Below, piece after piece: positions 10,301 through 19,115 of a stretch of 64,000 nucleotides of DNA (position 1 is its first letter; every line of letters starts with the position of its first letter). The translations under genes and the position numbers were made by a program. The DNA is from Myxococcota bacterium (GTDB taxonomy: Bacteria; Myxococcota_A; UBA9160; SZUA-336). The notes under the pieces were generated by a model that worked only from the letters and a program-made list of their open reading frames with translations, had not been told where the DNA came from and ran no database searches. The DNA lies in NCBI GenBank assembly GCA_040902485.1, contig JBBDXF010000019.1, forward strand, positions 6,076 to 70,075, read 5' to 3'.

Positions 10301-13300
10301 CTACGGCCTGCAGTCGACCGACAGCTCGGTCAGCCTCTCGCCCGGCGCCTCCGAGAAGTTCGCGGGCAGCGCGCTCGAGCTGCGCGGCCGGACGGGCGTC
10401 GATCTCGGGGACCAGGCGCTCTCGCTCGCCTCGCTCGAGGTCGAGACACCGGCGGCGCTGGTGGTGAGTCAGCAGATCAGCGCCACCGATCCCGCCGGCA
10501 CGATCCGCTTGCACGCGGGCTCGGACGGCGGCGGCGACCTCACGATCGACGCGCGCCTGGCCGCGAACACGATCGAGCTGGTGGCGGGCTCGCAAAACGG
10601 CACCGACGCCGGCGCGCGGATTCAGCTCCAGGGTGGGGCGCGCTTCTCGGCGGACACGGTGAGCGATGCCCGCCCCGACCATTTCAGCTTCGAGCAGGAC
10701 GCCGCGATCGGGTCGGTCGGCGGAAGCGCACCGAGCACCGCGATTCCCGATCTCGCGCTCTTCGGCAGCGACATCGCGGGCATGACCTATGCGCTGCGCT
10801 CGAACGGCGCGAGCCTGCGCATCGACGACACCTCGAAGGTGAACGGCACGACGCTCACGCTCGACGGCGATACGGGCATCGACATCAATGGCGACCTCGA
10901 CGTCGCCGGACTCGACCTGACCGGCGGCACGAATCTCGCCGGCAACGTGGTGAGCACGGGCAGCGTCACGGTGACGGGCCCGCTCGGGCTCGACGGCGCG
11001 GGACCCCAGAGCCTGTCGACCGGCGCCGGCGATCTCACCGTGCTGGGCGCGATCACGAAGTCAGGCGCCGGCTCGCTCTCGCTCAGCGGGCAGAACATCG
11101 ATCTTCTCACCGTCACGACCGGGCGCGCCGGGGACTCACTCACGATCAGCGGCGTGGACAGCGTCGAGACCGGAGCACTCGATGCCTCCGGCGCGGCCGG
11201 CGCCGACGGCGGCGACGTCAGCGTCAGCGCGGCGTCGGGACCCGTGGTGATCGCGAGCATCACGACCCGCGGCGGAAACGGTCCGGTGTCCGCGACCGAG
11301 CCGACGGACGGACGCGACGGCGGCGCCGTCCAGGTGACCGGCTCGGCGATCACGATCGGCAGCGTGAACAGCGCGGGCGGCAACGCGAGCGCGATCGCGG
11401 CCAGCGACGTCGCGCTCACCCGCGAGGGCGGCAACGCCGGTGCGGTCGTGCTCGACGCCGATCAGGTCACGTTGATCGGGAGCCTCGATGCGCGCGGCGG
11501 CAACGGCTCGGCGAACGATCCGAACGCCGTCGCCGGCCACAGCGGCGACGCGGCGGACGTCAGCGTGCTGGGCTCGGTTCTGCTCGGAGCGGCGGGCGGA
11601 AACACGATCCGTGGCAACAACGTCCTCGTCGAAGGCGGCGTGACTCGCGCGGCCACGCGCGAGCTCCGCCAGACGTCGCTCGTGGTCTTCGCGCAGGACA
11701 GCCTCCGCTTCGGCGGCGACCTGTCCGCGGGCCGCATCGAGCTCGAGCTCGCGAACGGCGACCTCGACCTCGCGGCCGGGGGCGTGAGCGAGATCTCGGC
11801 GAACACGATCCGCCTGGCCGCGACCGACGGAAACGGCGGCGACACCCAACGCCAGGTGGTGTTGGGCGGGCTCTCGCTCGCGAACGAGGTCGGCGACGCC
11901 GAGCCGCAGTCGCTCACCATCGAGCAGGACCGCTCGATCGGAGCCGGGGGCTCGCCGCTGCCGCCGATGGGCGGCGTCGAGCGCTCGGTCGCGCTGATCT
12001 CCCACGACGGCGGGATCGAGATCGACGGCCTCAACGACGTCGCGGCCGGAACGCGGTTGACCCTGGCCGCGAACGGCGCCGCGGGAGCGACCGAACCCGC
12101 GGTCCTCGTGCACGGGGGACTCGACGTCGTCGGCTTGACGGTCGGGACCGGCGGCGGGAGCGGCGTGCGCGTCGACGGCGACGCGCGGATCGACGGCGAT
12201 CTCGTGGTGGGAGCGGGCGGCATGTCGTCGCTCGCCGGCCTCGTCGATGTCACCGGCCAGGCCTCGATCGAGGGCAACGCGACCTTCTCCGGAACGTCCG
12301 GAACCGGCGATCAGGTGCTTCGCGTCGGCGCGGGCGAGACGCTGGCGCTGGGCGGCGCGACCATCGCCAAGAGTAGCGCGGGCAAGCTCTGGCTCGACGC
12401 GGATCAGATCCAGCTCACGCGAGCGGGCGCGCAGACCCTCGAGAGTGCGGGTCAGCTCGAGATCGGCTCGGTGGAGAACGGAAGCGGACTCGTGAAGGGC
12501 AACTTCGACGTGTCCGGCAATGCGGTGTCGGGCAGCAGCGCGGCGGGTCTCACGCTGCGCGGCTCGGCGGAGGCGGGCAGCGGCCCGGCGATCACGGTTC
12601 ACGGCACGCGGACCCAGGACTTCGACGGTGACCCGATCGCCGACGGCCGCGACTACGCGATCGCGATCGCCGACGGCGATCTGACCATCGACGCGCGCGC
12701 GCTGCCGACGACCGGCTCCACGACGCCGCTCGAACCGGCGACGTGGTCGGTGGACGGGGACGTCCTGGTTCACGGCGATGGCAGCTTGAACGGTCGCGCC
12801 GTGCTCGACGGAGGTCGGGACGACTACGTGATCAGCGCTCAGCGCGCGGAGCTGAGCTCGGCACCGCGCGGCGGTGAGCTGCGGATCGCGGGGATCGCGA
12901 GCGCCGACGGCGACGTCGTGCTGCGCGGTGAGGGCGACGTCTCGACCGAGGCGAACCCCAACCCGAGCGGGGTGTTCCTGCGCGGCGAGTTCGACGTGGC
13001 GCAAGACCTCACCCTGGCGAGCACCACGGAGATCGCGGGTGACACCGTCCTGCGTGCGGGCGGTGACCTGGTGGTCGAGTCGAACGTGCGAGGGCCGGGC
13101 AGGCTCACGACCGAAAGCGGCCGGGTTCTGTTCACGTCCCTCGAAGAGACCCAGACGATCGAGGCGGGCAGCCTCTCGTTCGGCTCGAACAGCAGCGCCC
13201 CGGCGCCGGCTCTGCCGACGGTGTTCCGGGACGGCGACCTCGAGCTCGGCGCGACGGGCGGCGACGTGCAGTTCGCGACCGGGCAGCAGCTGATCGTGGC

Positions 13301-14222
13301 CGGCGATCTCGACGTGTCAGCGAACGCCGCGATCGTGCTCGCGGACACCGCCGCGCTCACGATCGACCTGAACGCCCCCACCATTCGGGTTCGCGGCGGC
13401 TCGGACGTCGTGGCCAACTTCATCCGCCTCTCCGATCGCCCGAGCTCGCTCGGCGGCACCGCGACCTTCGCCACGCCGACGCGTGAGCAGATCTCCGGCG
13501 ACATCGCGGGCGTCGACGTGCTGCTGCGGCAGATCTCGACCGAGCCGGTCGAGCTCAGCCAGGCCGAGCTCGCGGCGGGGAACTTCCCCAGCGTGGATGG
13601 GCCCGCGTTCTTCGACTACGCGTCGCAGACGCCGCAGATCGGGCGACCCGCTGCGATCGCCCGGCCGCGCGCCGACGTCGCGCGCCTCGCCAAAGTTCGC
13701 GAAGGGCGGCCGCTGTGGGCCGACGAGCTGCTGTTCTACCTCGATGCGCGCTCGCGCCTCGCGCCGAGCGCCCGCGAGCAGGGGGCGCTGCCGCCCGTGA
13801 GCGCCGGACCGAACGCGACCACGCCCGACACCGCGCGCGAAGAGCTGGACCCCGCGGTCGCGCGGACGCTGGCGCCGTATCGCGCGCTGTTCCGCCCGAC
13901 GCTGGATGTCGATCCCGAGTCGGGCATCCTCCAGGACGAAGACCGCGCGCCGCTGATCCGTGCCGCCTTCGCGCAGGCTGTGCAGGTCGCGTCAGCGGGC
14001 CGCGGCGGCGCGACGCCGACGGCGAGCGAGGTCGCTGCCGCGATCGAGCGCGATCCGAGTCTGGCCGAGGCGCGCGCCTACCGCGCGGATCTGGCCGAGC
14101 TCGTGGTCGCCGCCAACCAGGCCCTCGACGTCGATCAGCGCGCCCGCTTCCGCGAGCTGCTGCTCGCGCGCGTCGCTCCGCAGGGCATCTCGCAGGCCGA
14201 GTTCGACGCGCTGATTCCCTGA
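7320..14222 (+). CDS. Two-partner secretion exoprotein (TpsA; filamentous-haemagglutinin-like beta-helical protein), 2300 aa
   Basis: Signal peptide ...ASLPALA/GPEG. N-terminal TPS (haemagglutination-activity) domain: VLNRILGALPTHIEGSLTGTGHIYIVNPAGVIFGEGAIVDANG (NPNG-type motif). Long G/A/D/V/T/S-rich repeats and no Cys on reading. High GC3. Confidence 0.85.
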   Translation: MMRPRNLAAWFARDALVSALVASIAFGPASLPALAGPEGFDPRIGGATINQVDATHWEITAPDGSVIQYSSFDIALNEGVHFLQPGADARVLNRILGALPTHIEGSLTGTGHIYIVNPAGVIFGEGAIVDANGIHAAGGHLSDTDFANRDEDHYTGVIGDVTNATDIIARAVSLVGAHVVNSGSIDASDIVLGDGWIVIAAGNDVIIGREDAAQNGRGLLLRVEGAAGAVFQPDETGVTNTGALDAGADGTVRIGAGDLYGTAIFSDSAIRAREIALAAGNRGDIALAGEVSAEKADISFRGGTTVGELRSTTAGAEVTVYADELELSAADTGAAIRVSGDVAFRSQDDPAVGPSKITLEQSATLSSSSLAALDVGAGAAGATRELALRSTGGNVVVDDKAVVAGSHLALAGTLADLQGTDALEVASLAIESATSSAGGDARSEGDIVASTGGISVQGDLQLVTKPSVAGDPPVETRVSAHQGTLAVDGDVTTSAGGGLRIEARDVVLGTTDADDEPTGGSIVSRGDLKIGFVDAAGLEQTRTVVARAIDTRGAAQQAGGNVDVAASGDVSLGVITTQGGAGSSPSQPNADGGSVSVRSTGADARVAVGAIATGGAGSAGRGAIALEAATVSLSGSLSASGGLVANADGARDRAVQVTAAEIQLDANALTLAGSDVELAGAIRGADVVSDTDPPTTTVRRVDLGISASGVTTLGSTADLRSLTIATRGESVVLGGNVTADTTVRIGFIGEETGTISNGGAPVTVSANRVELAASDSSGEDGRVAQVALGSGIGFELFAIPASEGTAAKAATLQLDQDGAIDSAAASLLATAGQGTPDLTLELRTNDAVTLDAAARTALTGTDLVIDARSFSAIGATQTASDFELSSLELATLAALDVDFGVTADSVRLAGALGGSGDLTLRSALQADTIELVAGNGPAESGSNARVVIESGASLRSRDDANDRPTRVDLIQDAALDSADLPDLAVFGGSVAGLAYGLQSTDSSVSLSPGASEKFAGSALELRGRTGVDLGDQALSLASLEVETPAALVVSQQISATDPAGTIRLHAGSDGGGDLTIDARLAANTIELVAGSQNGTDAGARIQLQGGARFSADTVSDARPDHFSFEQDAAIGSVGGSAPSTAIPDLALFGSDIAGMTYALRSNGASLRIDDTSKVNGTTLTLDGDTGIDINGDLDVAGLDLTGGTNLAGNVVSTGSVTVTGPLGLDGAGPQSLSTGAGDLTVLGAITKSGAGSLSLSGQNIDLLTVTTGRAGDSLTISGVDSVETGALDASGAAGADGGDVSVSAASGPVVIASITTRGGNGPVSATEPTDGRDGGAVQVTGSAITIGSVNSAGGNASAIAASDVALTREGGNAGAVVLDADQVTLIGSLDARGGNGSANDPNAVAGHSGDAADVSVLGSVLLGAAGGNTIRGNNVLVEGGVTRAATRELRQTSLVVFAQDSLRFGGDLSAGRIELELANGDLDLAAGGVSEISANTIRLAATDGNGGDTQRQVVLGGLSLANEVGDAEPQSLTIEQDRSIGAGGSPLPPMGGVERSVALISHDGGIEIDGLNDVAAGTRLTLAANGAAGATEPAVLVHGGLDVVGLTVGTGGGSGVRVDGDARIDGDLVVGAGGMSSLAGLVDVTGQASIEGNATFSGTSGTGDQVLRVGAGETLALGGATIAKSSAGKLWLDADQIQLTRAGAQTLESAGQLEIGSVENGSGLVKGNFDVSGNAVSGSSAAGLTLRGSAEAGSGPAITVHGTRTQDFDGDPIADGRDYAIAIADGDLTIDARALPTTGSTTPLEPATWSVDGDVLVHGDGSLNGRAVLDGGRDDYVISAQRAELSSAPRGGELRIAGIASADGDVVLRGEGDVSTEANPNPSGVFLRGEFDVAQDLTLASTTEIAGDTVLRAGGDLVVESNVRGPGRLTTESGRVLFTSLEETQTIEAGSLSFGSNSSAPAPALPTVFRDGDLELGATGGDVQFATGQQLIVAGDLDVSANAAIVLADTAALTIDLNAPTIRVRGGSDVVANFIRLSDRPSSLGGTATFATPTREQISGDIAGVDVLLRQISTEPVELSQAELAAGNFPSVDGPAFFDYASQTPQIGRPAAIARPRADVARLAKVREGRPLWADELLFYLDARSRLAPSAREQGALPPVSAGPNATTPDTAREELDPAVARTLAPYRALFRPTLDVDPESGILQDEDRAPLIRAAFAQAVQVASAGRGGATPTASEVAAAIERDPSLAEARAYRADLAELVVAANQALDVDQRARFRELLLARVAPQGISQAEFDALIP
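9039..9245 (+). repeat. GG(A/N)G-rich block A inside tpsA, paralogous to block B at 11256-11506
   Basis: VITTQGGAGSSPSQPNADGGSVSVRSTG...ATGGAGSAGRG...SLSASGG resembles block B. Confidence 0.45.
9615..11035 (+). repeat. Three tandem ~156-160 aa protein-level modules inside tpsA, with a diverged fourth copy starting at 11799
   Basis: In-frame anchors are A-N-R-V-E-L-A-A-S at 9615, A-D-T-I-E-L-V-A-G at 10095, A-N-T-I-E-L-V-A-G at 10563 and A-N-T-I-R-L-A-A-T at 11799. Each is followed ~50-60 aa later by a QD.A(I/L) ... PDL motif. Spacing is 480 and 468 nt. Confidence 0.55.
11256..11506 (+). repeat. GG(A/N)G-rich block B inside tpsA
   Basis: SITTRGGNGPVSATEPTDGRDGGAVQVTGS...SAGGNAS...REGGNAG...SLDARGGNG has the same ITT(Q/R)GG(A/N)G...DGG.V.V..(T/S)G pattern as block A. 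Confidence 0.45.
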
Positions 14223-14238
14223 GCCCGCGGGCGGCGAG

Positions 14239-15141
14239 CTACTGAACTTCCTTGGGACAAGACGGATTCGGATCCGTCACGCAGCTCTTGGGCAGCACGC
14301 GCGGGCCGTAGAGCGGCAGGTTGGCGAGCTGGTCGAGCTCGAGCTCTGCGCTGTCGCGGAGCTCCTCGTCGGGACCGAGCTCGAGCGCGCGCCGCAGCGC
14401 GCTCTCCGCTTCGCCGTAGCGATGCAGTCTGGCCAGCGAGACCCCCAGGTAGACCATGGTGCGCGCGCGGTCCTGGTGACTCGGAAACTGGCTCAGCGCG
14501 ACACGGTAGCGGCGCGCAGCGGCGTGCCAGTCGCGCTGTGAGAAGTAGAAGTCGCCGATCTCGATACCCTGCAGCGCGAGCCGGTTCTCGCACTCGGCCA
14601 GCCGAGCCTTCGCGTCCTCGGTCATGTCGGAAGCCGGAAAGCGCTCCAGCAGCGCGCGGAACTGCGCGGCCGCCTCGCGCGTCGCGGCCTGATCGCGATC
14701 CGCGGCGCGCATCTGGTTGTACGAGCACAGGCCGTTCCGATACAGCGCGTACGCGACCTTGGCGTGATTCGGGTGCAGCTCGACGAAGTCGTGGTAGTAG
14801 CTCGACGCCTCGTCGTACTCCTCGCGCTCGTAGTGGATGTCGGCGATCGCGAGCTCGGAGAGCAGCGAGTACTCGCTGTACGGGTAGTTGTCGATCACTT
14901 CCTGAAACGACTCGATCGCTTTGGGATAATCGACATCGTTGAAGAACAGGAACACGCGGCGGCCTTCGAGGAGCTTCACGCCGCGCTGGTAGTAGGACTC
15001 CGCGGACGGCAGCTCTTCCTCGGGCGGCGCAGTTGCGCACGCGCAAAGAAGGGCGATCGTCAGGACGGCGATTCCCCGCGCGGCCTGCCAAGGGATCTTT
15101 GGCAGGGCTTCGCGGGTGTATCTAAGTGCGCGGTTTTTCAA
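14239..15141 (-). CDS. bamD: Outer membrane protein assembly factor BamD (TPR lipoprotein)
   Basis: This is the 3' third of the 723-aa ORF. It reads ...AVLTIALLCAC (lipobox-like) ...SAESYYQRGVKLLE...AIESFQEVIDNYPYSEYS...IADIHYEREEYDEA...IGDFYFSQRDWHAAARRY..., the classic BamD/YfiO TPR pattern. No in-frame ATG is available. TTG at 15141 is proposed and the start is uncertain. Confidence 0.78.
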   Translation of the reverse strand: MKNRALRYTREALPKIPWQAARGIAVLTIALLCACATAPPEEELPSAESYYQRGVKLLEGRRVFLFFNDVDYPKAIESFQEVIDNYPYSEYSLLSELAIADIHYEREEYDEASSYYHDFVELHPNHAKVAYALYRNGLCSYNQMRAADRDQAATREAAAQFRALLERFPASDMTEDAKARLAECENRLALQGIEIGDFYFSQRDWHAAARRYRVALSQFPSHQDRARTMVYLGVSLARLHRYGEAESALRRALELGPDEELRDSAELELDQLANLPLYGPRVLPKSCVTDPNPSCPKEVQ

Positions 15142-15218
15142 GGATTTTGCACAGTAAAGGGCGAGCCGGGCGCTGTCAACGCAGCAACCCCGAAGCTCGC
15201 CCCGGATGAGGACGCCCG

Positions 15219-15491
15219 ATGGCCGACAAGAAGTCGATCCCCGATACCCGCATGGTCGAGCGCCAGAAGCGCCGCCAGGGCGTGACCAAGACAGCGATTC
15301 CCGATCTCGCGAGCTTCGTCGATCTGGCCCCCAACGTCGCCACGCCCACCGACGAGGAGCTCGACAAGCTGCGTGCCGATCTGGCCGCCGAAGGCGAAGT
15401 GCGCGACCGCCGGATCGAGCGCTTCGTGCGCGAGGGTCCGCTGAAGCCGATCCCGCGCGCGGTGGTTCCGGTCTCGGAGAACGACCTCTAG
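15219..15491 (+). CDS. Hypothetical protein (90 aa)
   Basis: ATG start, strong GC3 bias and no recognisable motif. It leads a same-strand array with the CDP-alcohol transferase, DUF1844 and ispE genes. Confidence 0.5.
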   Translation: MADKKSIPDTRMVERQKRRQGVTKTAIPDLASFVDLAPNVATPTDEELDKLRADLAAEGEVRDRRIERFVREGPLKPIPRAVVPVSENDL

Positions 15492-15507
15492 GGGCCGGAG
15501 ACGGCGC

Positions 15508-16137
15508 GTGATCAAGGAGCGCCTCGGCTCGGATCTGGACGCGGTGGTGTACCGCCTGTTTCCGTTCGTCCGCTCGCTGCCGTTCCACCCCGATACCCTG
15601 ACGCTGACCGGCGCGGCGGTCTCGCTGTTCGCGGGCTGCGCCTTCGCCTACGACCGGCCGTTCCTGGCGGGGCTCCTGCTGATGATCGCGGGCTTCTTCG
15701 ATCTGGTGGACGGCGTGGTCGCGCGCCAGCAGGGGGTGTCGTCGAGCGCGGGCGCGTTCTTCGACTCCTCGATCGACCGTCTCTCCGACTTGTTGATCTT
15801 CGCCGGCATCGCGGTCGGTCAGGCGCACGCCGGCGACGCGACCGACACGGCGCTCGTGATGTGGGCGCTCGGCGCGTCGGTGATGACGAGCTACACGCGC
15901 GCGTCGGCCGAGAAGCGCCTGCATTCGCTGAAGGTCGGCTTCGTCGAGCGCGGCGAGCGCTTCGGCGTGCTGATCCTGGGCGCGCTCACCGGTTTCGTGA
16001 TGACGGCGGTGGTGGCGATCGCGATCGGCGCCACGATCACGTCGGTGCAGCGCCTGCTGGCGGGACGGCGGCTGCTGAGCGAGCTCGATGCGACCGGCGT
16101 GGATCCCACGCGCGAGGAGGCGACCCGTGGCGGGTGA
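15508..16137 (+). CDS. CDP-alcohol phosphatidyltransferase family protein
   Basis: Signature D-x2-DG-x2-AR-x8-G-x3-D-x3-D is seen as FDLVDGVVARQQGVSSSAGAFFDSSIDRLSD. Multiple TM segments. GTG start. Confidence 0.85.
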   Translation: MIKERLGSDLDAVVYRLFPFVRSLPFHPDTLTLTGAAVSLFAGCAFAYDRPFLAGLLLMIAGFFDLVDGVVARQQGVSSSAGAFFDSSIDRLSDLLIFAGIAVGQAHAGDATDTALVMWALGASVMTSYTRASAEKRLHSLKVGFVERGERFGVLILGALTGFVMTAVVAIAIGATITSVQRLLAGRRLLSELDATGVDPTREEATRGG

Positions 16138-16438
16138 GCAGGGCGGACCACGCGGCTTCCAGATGCAGGACGCGGGCGACGCGCCGCTTGCCGAGATGAG
16201 CTTCGCGACGCTCGTGCTCTCGCTCACGAGCTCCGCGCTGGTCCATCTCGGCGCGGCGCCGGAGCCCGGCACGACCACGCCCGGGGCGCCGGACCTGCCG
16301 CTCGCGCGCCACACGATCGACATCCTCGAGATCCTGAAGGCCAAGACGCAGGGGAACCTCGACGCCGACGAGTCGGCGCTGCTCGAGCAGGTCCTGCACG
16401 ACCTGCACATGCGGTTCCTGGCGGCGAAGCGGGGCTGA
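16127..16438 (+). CDS. DUF1844 domain protein
   Basis: MSFATLVLSLTSSALVHLG...DLPLARHTIDILEILKAKTQGNLDADESALLEQVLHDLHMRF matches the DUF1844 pattern as I remember it. GTG 16127 overlaps the upstream stop by 11 nt and is preferred over the 16088 start. Confidence 0.68.
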   Translation: MAGEQGGPRGFQMQDAGDAPLAEMSFATLVLSLTSSALVHLGAAPEPGTTTPGAPDLPLARHTIDILEILKAKTQGNLDADESALLEQVLHDLHMRFLAAKRG

Positions 16439-16444
16439 GCCGCG

Positions 16445-17341
16445 GTGATCGAACGCCGCGCGCCGGCGAAGCTGAACCTCGGCCTCGAGATCCTGCGCCG
16501 TCGCGACGACGGCTATCACGAGATCGAGACGATCTTCCTGCCGCTGCGGCTGGCCGACCGGCTCGCGTTCCGGCGCGCGGCGACGGGCGTCGGGATCCGG
16601 ATCACGGTCGCCGGCGCGGAGCTGCCCGTCGATCGCGAGAACCTGGTGTACCGCGCCGCCGAGCGTGCCTGCGGCGAGCTGCGCGTGCCCGCGGATCTTT
16701 TGATCTCGCTCGAGAAGCAGGTGCCGATCGCGGCGGGACTCGGCGGCGGATCGTCGGACGCGGCCGCCACGCTGCTCGGGCTCGAGCTGCTCTTCGGCGA
16801 GCCGCTCGGGACCGCGGCGCGGCAGCGGATCGCGCTTCAGCTCGGCGCCGACGTCCCCTTCTTTCTCGCCCCCCGACCCGCGGTCGGCCGCGGCGTGGGC
16901 GAGCGGCTCGAGACGCTCGCGGGCGTGCCCGAGATGTTCTGGGTGCTGGTGGCGTTCCCGTTCCCGATCTCGACGGCGAAGGCGTACCAGGAGGCCGGGC
17001 TTGAATTGACGCTCCCGCGCAGCCCGACTAGTATCGGCGCGCTTCTGGGGCCCAGCGGCCTGCTCGTATCGCCTCGCAACGATCTCGAAGCGTCCGCGGT
17101 GCGGCGCCACCCCGAGATCCGAGCGGCGCGGCGAGCACTCGAGAGCTTCGGCGCGCTCGCGACCGGCATGACCGGAAGCGGACCGACGGTCTTCGGGCGT
17201 TTCGCGAACGAGCAAGCGGCGCGGCAGGCAGCCGAGCGAGTCGAGGTACCGGCGGGAGCGAGGACGATCGCAACGAGTTCGCCCGGCAGCGCCTCCGCCG
17301 AATCCAAAGAGGAATCGGGCTGGGGCGTAGCCAAGCGGTAA
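16445..17341 (+). CDS. ispE: 4-diphosphocytidyl-2-C-methyl-D-erythritol kinase
   Basis: APAKLNLGLEILRRRDDGYHEIETIF and the GHMP-kinase motif IPIAAGLGGGSSDAAATL. The ORF's last 21 nt, including the stop, lie inside the tRNA-Gln gene. Confidence 0.9.
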   Translation: MIERRAPAKLNLGLEILRRRDDGYHEIETIFLPLRLADRLAFRRAATGVGIRITVAGAELPVDRENLVYRAAERACGELRVPADLLISLEKQVPIAAGLGGGSSDAAATLLGLELLFGEPLGTAARQRIALQLGADVPFFLAPRPAVGRGVGERLETLAGVPEMFWVLVAFPFPISTAKAYQEAGLELTLPRSPTSIGALLGPSGLLVSPRNDLEASAVRRHPEIRAARRALESFGALATGMTGSGPTVFGRFANEQAARQAAERVEVPAGARTIATSSPGSASAESKEESGWGVAKR

Positions 17342-17395
17342 GGCAGCGGCCTTTGGAGCCGCGTATCGGAGGTTCGAATCCTCCCGCCCCAACCA
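17321..17395 (+). tRNA. tRNA-Gln (anticodon UUG), with encoded CCA
   Basis: Hand-folded cloverleaf. Acceptor TGGGGCG/CGCCCCA. D arm GCC-AAGCGGTAA-GGC. Anticodon stem GCGGC/GCCGC with loop CTTTGGA (anticodon TTG). T arm GGAGG-TTCGAAT-CCTCC. Discriminator A plus CCA. Confidence 0.9.
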
Positions 17396-17433
17396 AATGA
17401 ACGGCCACTTCGAGCACGGAGCGAGATCCGGCG

Positions 17434-18384
<951 letters not shown>

Positions 18385-18407
18385 AAGTCCGAGCGGAGGA
18401 AATCGAA

Positions 18408-19097
18408 ATGGCGATCGAAAGGCTCGAGCTGCAGGTGAGTCCGCGCGACGGGCGCGGCAAGAGCGTCACGCGCAAGCTGCGGGCGCTCGGTCAGGTTCCC
18501 GCGGTCGTCTACGGCAGCGGCATCTCGCCCACGCCGATCACGGTCGAGAGCCTGGCGCTGGCCAAGGTGCTGCGCGGCGGCGCGAACGCGCTGGTCGACC
18601 TCTTGGGCGAGAAGAGCGTCGAGGGCAAGCCCGTGCTGGTGAAGGAAATCCAGCGCGACCCGCTCTCGCGCAAGGTCGTGCACTGCGACCTGTACGCGGT
18701 GAACCTGACCGCGCGCATCGACCTGGAGATCCCGCTGCACTTCGTCGGCATCCCGCGCGGCGTCGCGCTCGACGGGGGTGTGCTCGAGCCGCTGCTGCGC
18801 ACGCTCGAGGTCTCGTGCATGCCGCTCGCGATTCCGGAGTCGATCGACGTCGACGTCTCGAACCTCGGCATCGGTGACGCGATCCACGTGCGCGATCTCG
18901 TGCTGCCCGCCGACGTGGTCTGCAAGACCGACCTGGAGATGACCGTCACGCACGTGGTGGCTCCGCGGCTCGAGGAGGTCACGACGCCGGTCGCGCCCGC
19001 CGAGGGCGAGGCGGTCGAGGGCGAGGCCGCGGCCGCGGGCGCTGCGCCCGCCGCGGGCGCGGCGAAGGCCGAGGGCGGCGGGAAGTCCAAGGAGTAG
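18408..19097 (+). CDS. rplY: 50S ribosomal protein L25 / general stress protein Ctc
   Basis: RDGRGKSVTRKLRALGQVPAVVYG, VLVKEIQRDPL..KVVHCDL and an A/E/G-rich C-terminal tail. prs-ctc-pth synteny. Confidence 0.92.
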   Translation: MAIERLELQVSPRDGRGKSVTRKLRALGQVPAVVYGSGISPTPITVESLALAKVLRGGANALVDLLGEKSVEGKPVLVKEIQRDPLSRKVVHCDLYAVNLTARIDLEIPLHFVGIPRGVALDGGVLEPLLRTLEVSCMPLAIPESIDVDVSNLGIGDAIHVRDLVLPADVVCKTDLEMTVTHVVAPRLEEVTTPVAPAEGEAVEGEAAAAGAAPAAGAAKAEGGGKSKE

Positions 19098-19115
19098 CTC
19101 GAGGGGCGGGCGCCG

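Noticed and set aside
7314-13004. Several 130-694-aa minus-strand and off-frame ORFs inside tpsA (for example 7314..8540, 7778..8971, 8598..10682, 11136..13004)
   Set aside because: They are shadows of the long GC-rich repetitive tpsA frame, with no start context or recognisable domains.
7320-14222. TpsA as a CdiA-type contact-dependent inhibition toxin
   Set aside because: I found no VENN or comparable pre-toxin delimiter on reading. There is also no room for an immunity gene, since bamD converges 16 nt downstream. I kept it as a generic TpsA with an unassigned C-terminus.
14223-14232. GCCCGCGGGC perfect palindrome between tpsA and bamD as a bidirectional terminator
   Set aside because: At only 10 bp it cannot form a stable hairpin with a loop, and it has no U-tract. 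It is probably chance in GC-rich DNA.
15142-16410. Upstream two-thirds of the 723-aa minus-strand ORF (14239..16410)
   Set aside because: Only the distal ~300 codons show the BamD lipobox and TPR pattern. The upstream part lies antisense to well-supported + strand genes (CDP-alcohol transferase, DUF1844).
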